Below are positions 1 through 10,470 of a stretch of 64,000 bases of DNA, piece by piece. Source of the stretch: Carpediemonas membranifera BICM (Eukaryota > Protista > Fornicata); the NCBI GenBank assembly GCA_019828565.1, contig JAHDYR010000022.1, forward strand, positions 62,001 to 126,000, written 5' to 3'. Position numbers and translations under genes: made by a program. Positions within the stretch are counted from its first letter, which is position 1, and every line of letters starts with the position of its first letter. The notes under the pieces are model-generated. The model was not told the DNA's origin and did no database searches. It was given only the letters and a program-made list of their open reading frames with translations.

Positions 1-3000
1 TGCTGACGTCTGCCGTCATCATCGCCTTCGTCATTACCCAACCCGGGACGTCGCCCATGTTCAGCATCCAGTCGGCCTTCCCCAGCGCCGTCGCACTCGG
101 GTTCTTCGTCAGCGACCTCATCCTCCGTCTGTGGCCATTTGCTGAGGCGGGCGATAGGCCCCCGTTCGTGATCACCGTGGCTGGAGCTAGACTGTCGATG
201 AACACGGTCGACGTGCGGTTTGCCATGTTGTCGGCGTACTCTTATGTGATCATCGCCGTGTTTACCATGCAGCTCATCAAGTTTAGACACGCCGTGCTAC
301 ACATAGGGTACGGCGAGCACGCCCACCGCATCGCTGTCCGCCGCCTCGTTCTGATCCGGCGTGTCGGTGTCGTCCTGACGATGCCTCTCTTGCTAGCCCG
401 GGCATGCATGGCGTCCATCCTCATCGCCGCTAGGAGGCTCCTCAGGCTGCCCGACGTCAAGCTAGAATACCTCCCCCTGCGACAGTGCGCTGCATGGCTC
501 GACCGGATCCTGTACGGGCCCGACGATGCGGTGTACGAGGCCATCATCCTCGGACGACCCACAGCCCTCGAGGATTGGGCTCTCACGGGCAGTTACAACA
601 TCAAGCCGCCAGGGAACACGTTCTCCGAGGCTGTGGCCCGCTACTACTGCGCGGTGTGGTCCGTCCCCTGCGATCCTCTCACTTCGATCCACTTTTTAGA
701 CAGACGCACGCCGGCCGCAGAGCTGCATGCCGCGGCGACCATGGACCTGGGTCTGGCGCTGTTCTCGTTCCGGTCCCGTGTGACATCTGTGGCTGGACCT
801 GTGGTCAGTGTCGAAGATCATGTCGAGGCTGACACGATTTCACTCCACACAGAGGGACAGCTGCACGCCCTGCTGCAGGGGCGGCGGGTGAGTGACCCTA
901 ACGGGCTGCAAGAGGACGGCAATCAGAGGCCGCTGAGCATGTCTGCGTCGACGCAGCTCTCCCGGCACAGGAACATTTCCAGGGTTGGCATCGCCCTCAC
1001 GAGTCAGCGGGCCAGCCTGCTGCCCATCGGGTTGCTGGAGAGTTTTCGACCCATTATGGGCCGTGACTTCGGGCTGAAACCTGAGCGGCGTCTGTACTGC
1101 TGGCCGAGTGACATCCGGCAGCTGACGATCGACACGCACCTGTTCAATCGACCACATACAGACTGGATGCTCTCGCTGTTCACCTCATGCTTGCCCATGA
1201 CATCCCAGCTCCTACAGCTGCTGTACATTGGTGGGGTCAAGACCGGCCTGCTCGCTGTCGACGACCCGCACCACTGGACTGACTCCCAGGCTGCGGTAGA
1301 CACCGCGGTCAACGGCATCAACGACTTGACTGCGCTGGGTCTGCCCCTCTCCCAGGAGCTTCTCCGTGCCAGCCTCGTCCGGCTTCAGCACAGGGCGGTG
1401 ATGGTGACAAAGGGCTTGACGTTCCCCCATGTCGGGATTGAGATGGAACGGCTGAGGGGCGTTGTCTCCCGTATCCAGGAGAATGTGGTGGATATCGTAT
1501 CTGATATGGTCATATCTCAGATAAGGACCGTCATTGCAGTCGGCTGTATCCCAGATCTAGTTCGGGTAGACCGCGAGCAGTCATACATCGATCGACCAGA
1601 CCGCATCGAGGACCTCGCCGTGGTCCAAAGGTACGCCATCACCGACTTGAAAGACCAGCTGGCGTCGTCGGCCAGGATGTTTGAGTCGTTGATGACGACG
1701 GACCGGCGGTTTAATACCATTGCCCGGAACACCGAGAGTAGCACATTGCTGGTGTCGTACCGGTCATTCCTCATGACGACGTTCCTGGACACCCGGCGAT
1801 CGGCCACTATTGCTGGACGCATAGAGACGCTGGCAGCACAGATCGGGCTCTACGCAGAGGACGAGGAGGAGCGGGCTGCAGCAAAGAACGTGCTGCCCGC
1901 GCCCAACGCCGTGCTGCCCATGGTGCGGGGCGGGCCGACGGAGGCGAAGGAGTGGCACACATATGCGGCTGTGTGGAATAGATACCGCACGGCTATTGAC
2001 GCCCCGAGCCCCGGCGCCGTCACCCAGGACGGTGGTCATGGCCATCACAAGCGGGGCATGAGGGAGGGCCCCGACCACCTCGGGGTTGCCCACATGGGTC
2101 TCGCGTCCGCCAGTGCGGCCCAGCGTAGGGTCAGGCGCATGCGGTCCAAGGGCCCTCTCGCCCGTGTGGTGGCGCTGAGGCGGTTCATTGACCCTATGAT
2201 CAGCTTCCCCGCCCTGCTAAGCGGCTACCTCGCGCTGCTGGCAGCCATCGCCGTGCTGTTCCCCATGGTCGACGAGATGTGGCACCTATCTAACCTCAGA
2301 CGCATGGCGCGCGAGGTCGACGCCGCTCTTGGTGCCAACACAGTGCAGCAGTCGCTCTGGCAGCCGGTCGGCAACGCCACGGATCCGATGGGCACGTGTG
2401 CCCTCGCCAACAGCACGCTGTCCGACGCCTACTGCCAGTTCGTCGACGACTTCGACCCCCTGCTCTCCAAGTCGTTCTTCGGGACGGACCCCTTTGAGCC
2501 CGACACGGGCGTCTGGGTGTCTCCTCCAGTCGGGCTGGTCGAGTACTACGGCACCACCGTTGGATCATGGGGTGGCCCTCCTATCACCGTGGACGTCGAC
2601 GGGGCGGTGGCCTCGCTGAGACAGGCACAGGAGGACCTTTTCCTATGGGGCATCAACGGCAACAGCGCCCTATTCGACAACCTCCCCACATGCGCTCCCC
2701 TGATAACAGAGGGCGAGCCGCTCACAGAGGCGTGTGAGGCAATGATCGACACGCTCGAGAAGGTCAGCATCTGGCAATCTGGCAGCGTTCTCGGCGGCGG
2801 GGCGCTGCTGACCGACATCACCCACATCCGGGGGCAGACGGCCGTGTTTTATGGCGGGGCGACCGGAATATGCATTGCCCTGACCTTCATGATGGCCATC
2901 GGACTCGCATGGGCAGCGTTGCTCGCCCGAAAGGCAGACATTGTCGCCATTACGATCAACAAGGCCGTCCAGACCGTCCAGGAGTGCACTACATCCGTGC

Positions 3001-6000
3001 TCATCAGCCACCTGCTGACTCTGCTCGACGAGGTCGGCTCTGATCGGGTATACCGGCTCCCCCGCCTGCAGGAGACCGTGGAGGCGGCAGAGGTGATGCT
3101 CTCTGACCCGAGACTTAGCCACGCCTGCGACGACTTCGACAGCGTGAAGAGGCGGTTGCATGACACTGCGGTCCGCATGCACGCGGCCGTCGAGACCCCG
3201 TTCACCATGTCGATGCCGCCCATCATCGACAGCGACGACATCCTCCCCGCCTGGGCTGCCGTCAAGGAGCGCATGGCAAGGGTGTTCAACTTCTCCAGCC
3301 AGACGTACTGTGTCCTGCGGAAACCCCAGATGCTCAACAACGTCATCGTTGTCCTCCTCACTGGCGCCACTGTTGCACTCGCATCACTGGCGGCCACCGT
3401 CGAGCTCTCCTTCCGGGGCGAGCCTCTGGGCACAGTACGGGTCGAGGCGATGCTCCAAAACGGGTACAGTCTGGCGTACGGCGTCGGCCATGGGGTCATG
3501 TCGATGCACTCGGCTGCTATGGACGGTGTCCTCGTGGGCAACCCCACTGTCGCCATGGCCCAGGTCTACGTCGCGTACGACGCCATCCGGAAGTCGGCAG
3601 ACCTTGGCACGACCACGGGACCGCTGCTGGCGCCCGTAGAGGTGGAGAGCTCGCCACTGGTGCTGCAGCTGCTCGACACAGTCCTCAGCAGCAGCGCTGA
3701 CACCAACACCGCCCTGGTCGAGCACCTGGCTCACCTGCTGGCCCACACAGAGGACATGCTCCGTCTCCAGCAGGCGGCGCTGACCGCGGTGGCCGCTATC
3801 ACTGATCGTTGGCTTCCAGTGACCCCCACTACCGGGTCCATGTTCGATAGCAAGACCAACTTTGAGCTCGGCCCGTTCGACATCAGCTCGGTCGGGTCCG
3901 ACTCCTCCACCGGCGACTTTACCGCGGTCTACTCCACTCCCACGGCACTGACGTCAGATGACCTGGACGGACTCAACGACAGCGAGCTCATGGAGGCGGC
4001 CCAGTCAATTCTCCTGGGACCGAGATACCTGGGGGCGCTTAGCGGGGCGAGGGGCGCGGCCCTGGATGTCCTGGACAACATCGACACGTGGAACCGACAG
4101 AGGCTCGATGCCATGCGGCTGAGGGCTGACACCATCGCTGTGGTCGGGCTGCTGTGCTTCGTCCTCACAGTCGTGGCCGGCTGGACCCTCATCATCCGGC
4201 TCAAACTCATCTTCCATGCCCGCCACTGCTGGCACGGTCTCAGAGACACGATGCTGCTGAGCTCAAACCCCGACCAACCTGTGTGCTGCGCCTATCATTA
4301 CTTCCTCGTGTGGGCCAGGCGGGCCGTGCTGTACGCGTTCTTCACGTGGAGCAGGCTGTGGCGGCCCAACAAGGTCACCATTCAGCCCATCCCCTCGTTC
4401 AACTTCAGCGCCATGCTGTCGACCGTGCGGGCGTCGGCAGTCATCAGCACGTTGTTCAACATCTCACTTGTACTGGGCGCCCTAATCTGCGCGGTAATTA
4501 GGGTCGACTATGTGACGACGAAGTACAGCGGCGCACCTGACGCCATATCCCTCGACAAGGCCGCCTTGTTCGATTCATTGCTGGGTGGCCACTACCTTGC
4601 CGCCACAGCATCGACGGCCGTCTTATCTGATCTGGCCGACGTCGCCTGCACCGAGAGCACCTTTTACACACACGCAGTGGCCGAGGCCGTTGCCGCGGGG
4701 GCCGGTCTGAGCTACTCGTCGCCGTGCTCGGCTGTCGACCCGACGGGCCTGGCAGAAGCGGTCAGGGCCTATGCCGCAGCCCACCCCGGGTCAGCTGGGG
4801 CCCGGCTAGTGATGCCACTCGTGCCACTACTGGGCGGTGTTCCAGACGCACCCGAGGCCGAGCTCACCAGCCTCCCCGACATCGACGGCTTCCTGACCAT
4901 CGTCCGCATACCGATGTTGCTGTGCTACGTGCAGATCATCGCGATGCTGGCCGAGGTATGCGTGACGAACAACTACCTCCACTCCAAGCGACGCCACTTC
5001 ACACGGCACCGCTACGTGTTCTGGACCCCGCCGTCCTGCCGAAAGATCAGCAACGCCGTCTTCACCCACCGTCTTCTGGCGCTGGGGGCGTCTGTGCTCA
5101 TCATGGGGCTTTACCTCAGCATCGGATGCACCGGCGTCCACCCCCCGCTGCACCACGCCGTCCGCACTGACCAGCGTGTTCGGGCGATGTCGGCTGTGCT
5201 GTATCGGTTCACAGCCTTGATGCCCGACAACGCCATCGAGACGATAACCCTGCTGCCCTCCCTTCTCGAGGACGCCAGGCAGTCATTCGGAAACCTCTGC
5301 GTGTTCACTGCCGTCGACGGCGGGCTGGTGGGTTCCAGTGACGCGACTGTCGGTACAGAGACCTGCACTGCCAGGAGCATTCAGACCTTCCACAGTCTGT
5401 CCATGGCGATTGCTGACGTCATCGCGGACATTAGGGCAAACCCCACCAGCCTGGCGCCGCTCGCCAAGACCAGAGAAGCGCAGGCACTCATGGCACAGTT
5501 CACGGCCCAGCTCGCGGACCTCAGCCACAGCAGCATCAGACGGGCGGCGTATGACCTCATCATCGACAGAGCAGTGATGTCAATCCCCATCGCCGTCGTC
5601 CTGGCCATCGTGGGAGTCATATCGACGCTGATACTCGCAGCCGCGCAGCTATGGCTCGGTTCCCTCGAGAAGTTCGGACGGTACGTCACCAGCTTAGCGT
5701 CGGCGATCACCGACCCCGCTGAGGTGCACGCGGCCAACCCCGACAGTCTGCCCGCACTGATCCCGATCATGTCATCGCCCCAGCATGCCACGTCCATGGT
5801 TCATGACGTCGAAGTGAGTTCATTCGAGTTCACCAACATTGAGGGAATGGACGACGAGGACGCCGATGTCAGGAGGGACACCATACGCCAGGCTGACGAG
5901 ATCGAGTCCAGCGATCAGAACAGTGTCGCCTCTCTGGTGTCCGAGACCGAGCCCGAGGTTGACGGGCCGGCTCCGGATCCCCTCATACTTCCTGAGCCTG

Positions 6001-6230
6001 TCGCCGAGGTCACGGGCTTCTACGGCATCGACCTCTCCACGGGTCTCAGCGCTGCAGGCCTGCAGAACCTGGAGCGGTTGGGCCTCATGGACGACACGTT
6101 CGCCTTTGCCGACAGAGAGCTCGTTGCACCAGGCACCACACCGCCCCTGCTAAACGTCATGCAGGCGAGCGTGGGGTTCGAGCCCGAGTCCGACGAAGAG
6201 TCGTTCGACATCCTGCCGCCGATCAGATAA
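1..6230 (+). CDS. Large (>2057 aa) multi-pass membrane protein of unknown function; probably 5'-truncated by the window
   Basis: The frame is open from position 3 (ctg acg tct gcc gtc atc atc...) before the first ATG at 57. Multiple hydrophobic helices are separated by long helical loops, and the C-tail is acidic. No family motif recognised. Confidence 0.8.
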   Translation, partial: LTSAVIIAFVITQPGTSPMFSIQSAFPSAVALGFFVSDLILRLWPFAEAGDRPPFVITVAGARLSMNTVDVRFAMLSAYSYVIIAVFTMQLIKFRHAVLHIGYGEHAHRIAVRRLVLIRRVGVVLTMPLLLARACMASILIAARRLLRLPDVKLEYLPLRQCAAWLDRILYGPDDAVYEAIILGRPTALEDWALTGSYNIKPPGNTFSEAVARYYCAVWSVPCDPLTSIHFLDRRTPAAELHAAATMDLGLALFSFRSRVTSVAGPVVSVEDHVEADTISLHTEGQLHALLQGRRVSDPNGLQEDGNQRPLSMSASTQLSRHRNISRVGIALTSQRASLLPIGLLESFRPIMGRDFGLKPERRLYCWPSDIRQLTIDTHLFNRPHTDWMLSLFTSCLPMTSQLLQLLYIGGVKTGLLAVDDPHHWTDSQAAVDTAVNGINDLTALGLPLSQELLRASLVRLQHRAVMVTKGLTFPHVGIEMERLRGVVSRIQENVVDIVSDMVISQIRTVIAVGCIPDLVRVDREQSYIDRPDRIEDLAVVQRYAITDLKDQLASSARMFESLMTTDRRFNTIARNTESSTLLVSYRSFLMTTFLDTRRSATIAGRIETLAAQIGLYAEDEEERAAAKNVLPAPNAVLPMVRGGPTEAKEWHTYAAVWNRYRTAIDAPSPGAVTQDGGHGHHKRGMREGPDHLGVAHMGLASASAAQRRVRRMRSKGPLARVVALRRFIDPMISFPALLSGYLALLAAIAVLFPMVDEMWHLSNLRRMAREVDAALGANTVQQSLWQPVGNATDPMGTCALANSTLSDAYCQFVDDFDPLLSKSFFGTDPFEPDTGVWVSPPVGLVEYYGTTVGSWGGPPITVDVDGAVASLRQAQEDLFLWGINGNSALFDNLPTCAPLITEGEPLTEACEAMIDTLEKVSIWQSGSVLGGGALLTDITHIRGQTAVFYGGATGICIALTFMMAIGLAWAALLARKADIVAITINKAVQTVQECTTSVLISHLLTLLDEVGSDRVYRLPRLQETVEAAEVMLSDPRLSHACDDFDSVKRRLHDTAVRMHAAVETPFTMSMPPIIDSDDILPAWAAVKERMARVFNFSSQTYCVLRKPQMLNNVIVVLLTGATVALASLAATVELSFRGEPLGTVRVEAMLQNGYSLAYGVGHGVMSMHSAAMDGVLVGNPTVAMAQVYVAYDAIRKSADLGTTTGPLLAPVEVESSPLVLQLLDTVLSSSADTNTALVEHLAHLLAHTEDMLRLQQAALTAVAAITDRWLPVTPTTGSMFDSKTNFELGPFDISSVGSDSSTGDFTAVYSTPTALTSDDLDGLNDSELMEAAQSILLGPRYLGALSGARGAALDVLDNIDTWNRQRLDAMRLRADTIAVVGLLCFVLTVVAGWTLIIRLKLIFHARHCWHGLRDTMLLSSNPDQPVCCAYHYFLVWARRAVLYAFFTWSRLWRPNKVTIQPIPSFNFSAMLSTVRASAVISTLFNISLVLGALICAVIRVDYVTTKYSGAPDAISLDKAALFDSLLGGHYLAATASTAVLSDLADVACTESTFYTHAVAEAVAAGAGLSYSSPCSAVDPTGLAEAVRAYAAAHPGSAGARLVMPLVPLLGGVPDAPEAELTSLPDIDGFLTIVRIPMLLCYVQIIAMLAEVCVTNNYLHSKRRHFTRHRYVFWTPPSCRKISNAVFTHRLLALGASVLIMGLYLSIGCTGVHPPLHHAVRTDQRVRAMSAVLYRFTALMPDNAIETITLLPSLLEDARQSFGNLCVFTAVDGGLVGSSDATVGTETCTARSIQTFHSLSMAIADVIADIRANPTSLAPLAKTREAQALMAQFTAQLADLSHSSIRRAAYDLIIDRAVMSIPIAVVLAIVGVISTLILAAAQLWLGSLEKFGRYVTSLASAITDPAEVHAANPDSLPALIPIMSSPQHATSMVHDVEVSSFEFTNIEGMDDEDADVRRDTIRQADEIESSDQNSVASLVSETEPEVDGPAPDPLILPEPVAEVTGFYGIDLSTGLSAAGLQNLERLGLMDDTFAFADRELVAPGTTPPLLNVMQASVGFEPESDEESFDILPPIR

Positions 6231-6307
6231 ATGCCGACAGGTGACATAAAAAATAATGATGAGAACAGCCATTTATACTTGTTAATGTTATGGGTGCAAT
6301 CGAGGTC

Positions 6308-9300
6308 TCAGCGCTTGCGACGCTTTTCCAGCACCACCGACGTAACAGTCAGGGTTATCTCAGACACCGTCATCGGCAGGAACGCCCGAGTCGCGCAGTT
6401 GTACTTATAGTATGCGATGATGGAGGCAGGGTTGAGCTGAAGCGTCCCGGTGCCTGCAACGAGCTCCCATTTGCCGCCCCGCTTGGCGTAAAGCGCCCTG
6501 AACGTCTGACTTGTCTTGCTCGTGAGGACGATGACGAACTGGGATGTACCGTCCATGGCGTTCGAGTCGAAGGCGTCTAGTGCTTTCACACGGGTCGACT
6601 CGATGACCCCCTCGACAAGCCGCTCCAGGGCCCGCCGGACGATCGTAAACTTCGGGTCAAGCTTGATCTTCTGCTGGGAGTCAGATCGAGAGATGGACCG
6701 CGACGGCGTGCGGCGGTGGGTCTCGCTGGTTCTGGAGACGGCAGGGGACGACGCCTGAACGGCGGACTTGCGAGAGCTCGGGGACGCCCGCATTGCGGGG
6801 GGCTCCTTCGCTTTGCCCTCGCGGTACTGCGCCAGGTAGGAGCCTTGTACCTCCTCTTCCTCTGGCTCGGCCTCTGGCTCGGAATCTGGCTTTGGCGCCA
6901 GACCGGCCTGCTCCGCGTATGACGAGACGTGACTCTCCTCAGTGTCCAGCTTGCTCATCCGCAAGGCCGTGACTGATGGCCGGGCCTCAATACCGTCGAG
7001 GATCCTGTTGGCGTGGGCTGTGATGCTCTCGTTCATGTCCCGGGGCGGCGGGATGTCATCGAGCATGCCGTCGTCCTCATCGTGTGTCGACCCAGACTGA
7101 GTCTCGTCATCCTCGGCCTTGGCATGACATTGGGCCAGCATGTCAGTGGCGACGGCCAGATCGTGCTCTAGAGTGGCCGCCTTGCTCTTGAACAGAGCTA
7201 CCTCCTGCTCGAGGCTGCCTGTCTGCCCCTTGAGCGTGGAGATGAGGCGGTCTCTCTGCAGGATGCCCTGCTGCATCTTGGCAGTCGCATGGTCTGCAGA
7301 CCGTGTCTTTTCCTGCACTTCCATCTTCGCAAGCCCGACCTGTCTCGCGGCGGCCTCAGCGGCGGCCCTGGCCTGGGCGAGCTCCTCCTTGGTGCTGTCG
7401 AGCTCCTCGCCCAGCATCGTGACCTCCTTCCGCAGGGCTGCGACGAGCTCATCGTGCGGGAACGATGTGAACGCCAGCGAGTCCGAGACGTCGTCGTCGT
7501 CTTGGGTCAGCGTGTCGATCTCCGTCAGCCGCGGCGCCTCGGGCGTCATTGTTTGCATACGCAGGAGATCCTCCGCGAGGCGAGCGTTGTCGTCGGCCAG
7601 CTCGGCAAGCTTGGCCTCGAGCTTGTCGCGCTCCTCGGCGGTCGACGCGATCTCCGCCTCAAGAGCATCCTTCTCGGCGCGCAGGGCGTCGATCGTGTCC
7701 TCGAAAAGCGCTGGCTGGGCGGCGAGACGCTTCGTAAGCTCGGCTTTCTCGGCGGCGAGACCGTCGACGTTGGTCTCGAGGGCGTCCTTCTCGGCGGTGA
7801 CGGCGGAGAGCTTCGCTTCGAGCTCGGCCTGGGCCGACTCGCGGCTGGCCTTGGCCTCAGCGAGCTGGGTCTCGAGCGCGGCAAGCTTGTCCTCGAGCTC
7901 AGTCTGGGCAGCGAGCTGGGTCTCGAACTCCATCTCGTCCGCCTTGTCACTCTCTTGCATCTCGGCGATACGGGTCTCGAGACCCGTCTTGGCATCGGTC
8001 GCGGCTTCGAGCTCCTCCAGAAGCTCGTCCTTTTCAGCCTGGAGGGTGTCGCGCTCCTTGGAGATGGCGGCGACCATTGTCTCGAGCTCAGAAACCGCAG
8101 CCAGCGAGCTCTCGTCTTCTGCTCTAGCCCGTTCGTCAGACTGCCTCTCCTGCTCAAGCGCGTCGACCTGTCTCGCGGCGGCCTCAGCGGCGGCCCTGGC
8201 CTGGGCGAGCTCCTCCTTGGTGCTGTCGAGCTCCTCGCCCAGCATCGTGACCTCCTTCCGCAGGGCTGCGACGAGCTCATCGTGCGGGAACGATGTGAAC
8301 GCCAGCGAGTCCGAGACGTCGTCGTCGTCTTGGGTCAGCGTGTCGATCTCCGTCAGCCGCGGCGCCTCGGGCGTCATTGTTTGCATACGCAGGAGATCCT
8401 CCGCGAGGCGAGCGTTGTCGTCGGCCAGCTCGGCAAGCTTGGCCTCGAGCTTGTCGCGCTCCTCGGCGGTCGACGCGATCTCCGCCTCAAGAGCATCCTT
8501 CTCGGCGCGCAGGGCGTCGATCGTGTCCTCGAAAAGCGCTGGCTGGGCGGCGAGACGCTTCGTAAGCTCGGCTTTCTCGGCGGCGAGACCGTCGACGTTG
8601 GTCTCGAGGGCGTCCTTCTCGGCGGTGACGGCGGAGAGCTTCGCTTCGAGCTCGGCCTGGGCCGACTCGCGGCTGGCCTTGGCCTCAGCGAGCTGGGTCT
8701 CGAGCGCGGCAAGCTTGTCCTCGAGCTCAGTCTGGGCAGCGAGCTGGGTCTCGAACTCCATCTCGTCCGCCTTGTCACTCTCTTGCATCTCGGCGATACG
8801 GGTCTCGAGACCCGTCTTGGCATCGGTCGCGGCTTCGAGCTCCTCCAGAAGCTCGTCCTTTTCAGCCTGGAGGGTGTCGCGCTCCTTGGAGATGGCGGCG
8901 ACCATTGTCTCGAGCTCAGAAACCGCAGCCAGCGAGCTCTCGTCTTCTGCTCTAGCCCGTTCGTCAGACTGCCTCTCCTGCTCAAGCGCGTCGACCTGTC
9001 TCGCGGCGGCCTCAGCGGCGGCCCTGGCCTGGGCGAGCTCCTCCTTGGTGCTGTCGAGCTCCTCGCCCAGCATCGTGACCTCCTTCCGCAGGGCTGCGAC
9101 GAGCTCATCGTGCGGGAACGATGTGAACGCCAGCGAGTCCGAGACGTCGTCGTCGTCTTGGGTCAGCGTGTCGATCTCCGTCAGCCGCGGCGCCTCGGGC
9201 GTCATTGTTTGCATACGCAGGAGATCCTCCGCGAGGCGAGCGTTGTCGTCGGCCAGCTCGGCAAGCTTGGCCTCGAGCTTGTCGCGCTCCTCGGCGGTCG

Positions 9301-10297
9301 ACGCGATCTCCGCCTCAAGAGCATCCTTCTCGGCGCGCAGGGCGTCGATCGTGTCCTCGAAAAGCGCTGGCTGGGCGGCGAGACGCTTCGTAAGCTCGGC
9401 TTTCTCGGCGGCGAGACCGTCGACGTTGGTCTCGAGGGCGTCCTTCTCGGCGGTGACGGCGGAGAGCTTCGCTTCGAGCTCGGCCTGGGCCGACTCGCGG
9501 CTGGCCTTGGCCTCAGCGAGCTGGGTCTCGAGCGCGGCAAGCTTGTCCTCGAGCTCAGTCTGGGCAGCGAGCTGGGTCTCGAACTCCATCTCGTCCGCCT
9601 TGTCACTCTCTTGCATCTCGGCGATACGGGTCTCGAGACCCGTCTTGGCATCGGTCGCGGCTTCGAGCTCCTCCAGAAGCTCGTCCTTTTCAGCCTGGAG
9701 GGTGTCGCGCTCCTTGGAGATGGCGGCGACCATTGTCTCGAGCTCAGAAACCGCAGCCAGCGAGCTCTCGTCTTCTGCTCTAGCCCGTTCGTCAGACTGC
9801 CTCTCCTGCTCAAGCGCGTCGACCTGTCTCGCGGCGGCCTCAGCGGCGGCCCTGGCCTGGGCGAGCTCCTCCTTGGTGCTGTCGAGCTCCTCGCCCAGCA
9901 TCGTGACCTCCTTCTTGAGCTCAGTGTTCTCGACCTGGAGGACAGCGCGCTCTTCAGCAGCAAACACGCTCTGTTCGGCGAGCTCTACATTGTTGGCCCG
10001 CTCATCATTCACCTCATGCGTCAGCGAAGCAACCTGTTGCCTCAGTGCGGATATAGCGGCGTCCTTGTCAGCTAGGGCGTCTTCTAATGTAGGCTTACGC
10101 TCCATTATAGGCATTTCAAGCGATTCGCTTGGCTGCTCGTGAATCGGCTCTTGAGTTTCAGCAGGTGATGGTCTCCTTTCAGCACGAAGCAACTCCAGCT
10201 TCTTCTGCTTTGCGCGCCGCTCCATTTCAGCGAGCCTTTGCTTTTCCTTCATCAGGCGCTCGAGCATCTCTTGCCGTTTGCCGTCATCGCGGTTCAT
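6308..10297 (-). CDS. Coiled-coil protein with a C-terminal CKK (CAMSAP/Patronin microtubule minus-end binding) domain
   Basis: C-terminal ...FVIVL...QTFRALY...LVAGTG...IIAYYKYNCATRAF...ITLTVTSVVL follows the CKK pattern (IILF..QFRALY..LTGTGP..LYKYSSDRKQF..MSVSVDALTI). The middle is three perfect 276-aa coiled-coil repeats. Confidence 0.8.
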   Translation of the reverse strand: MNRDDGKRQEMLERLMKEKQRLAEMERRAKQKKLELLRAERRPSPAETQEPIHEQPSESLEMPIMERKPTLEDALADKDAAISALRQQVASLTHEVNDERANNVELAEQSVFAAEERAVLQVENTELKKEVTMLGEELDSTKEELAQARAAAEAAARQVDALEQERQSDERARAEDESSLAAVSELETMVAAISKERDTLQAEKDELLEELEAATDAKTGLETRIAEMQESDKADEMEFETQLAAQTELEDKLAALETQLAEAKASRESAQAELEAKLSAVTAEKDALETNVDGLAAEKAELTKRLAAQPALFEDTIDALRAEKDALEAEIASTAEERDKLEAKLAELADDNARLAEDLLRMQTMTPEAPRLTEIDTLTQDDDDVSDSLAFTSFPHDELVAALRKEVTMLGEELDSTKEELAQARAAAEAAARQVDALEQERQSDERARAEDESSLAAVSELETMVAAISKERDTLQAEKDELLEELEAATDAKTGLETRIAEMQESDKADEMEFETQLAAQTELEDKLAALETQLAEAKASRESAQAELEAKLSAVTAEKDALETNVDGLAAEKAELTKRLAAQPALFEDTIDALRAEKDALEAEIASTAEERDKLEAKLAELADDNARLAEDLLRMQTMTPEAPRLTEIDTLTQDDDDVSDSLAFTSFPHDELVAALRKEVTMLGEELDSTKEELAQARAAAEAAARQVDALEQERQSDERARAEDESSLAAVSELETMVAAISKERDTLQAEKDELLEELEAATDAKTGLETRIAEMQESDKADEMEFETQLAAQTELEDKLAALETQLAEAKASRESAQAELEAKLSAVTAEKDALETNVDGLAAEKAELTKRLAAQPALFEDTIDALRAEKDALEAEIASTAEERDKLEAKLAELADDNARLAEDLLRMQTMTPEAPRLTEIDTLTQDDDDVSDSLAFTSFPHDELVAALRKEVTMLGEELDSTKEELAQARAAAEAAARQVGLAKMEVQEKTRSADHATAKMQQGILQRDRLISTLKGQTGSLEQEVALFKSKAATLEHDLAVATDMLAQCHAKAEDDETQSGSTHDEDDGMLDDIPPPRDMNESITAHANRILDGIEARPSVTALRMSKLDTEESHVSSYAEQAGLAPKPDSEPEAEPEEEEVQGSYLAQYREGKAKEPPAMRASPSSRKSAVQASSPAVSRTSETHRRTPSRSISRSDSQQKIKLDPKFTIVRRALERLVEGVIESTRVKALDAFDSNAMDGTSQFVIVLTSKTSQTFRALYAKRGGKWELVAGTGTLQLNPASIIAYYKYNCATRAFLPMTVSEITLTVTSVVLEKRRKR
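7336..9914. repeat. 828-bp perfect tandem repeat, about 3.1 copies, in frame within the CKK gene
   Basis: Identical sequence starts at 7336, 8164, 8992 and 9820; the ORF track shows identical translations every 828 nt. Confidence 0.97.
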
Positions 10298-10470
10298 TTC
10301 CAGTTACGCAGAATAAGCGAATGACAAAAGTTTGCCCATACCCGCCCTGACAACGCTGCTGCTCACGTGGTAGACGCAGTCAGGCCCTGCGCCGGCCCAG
10401 GCTGAGCTGAGCGTACTTTGCAGTTTAGCGACGAATACGATTAGACTGCTGAGCAAGTAGGTCCTTTACG

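Noticed and set aside
7140-10142. 1000-aa and 928-aa plus-strand ORFs over the CKK gene
   Set aside because: Antisense shadows of the 828-bp coding repeat.
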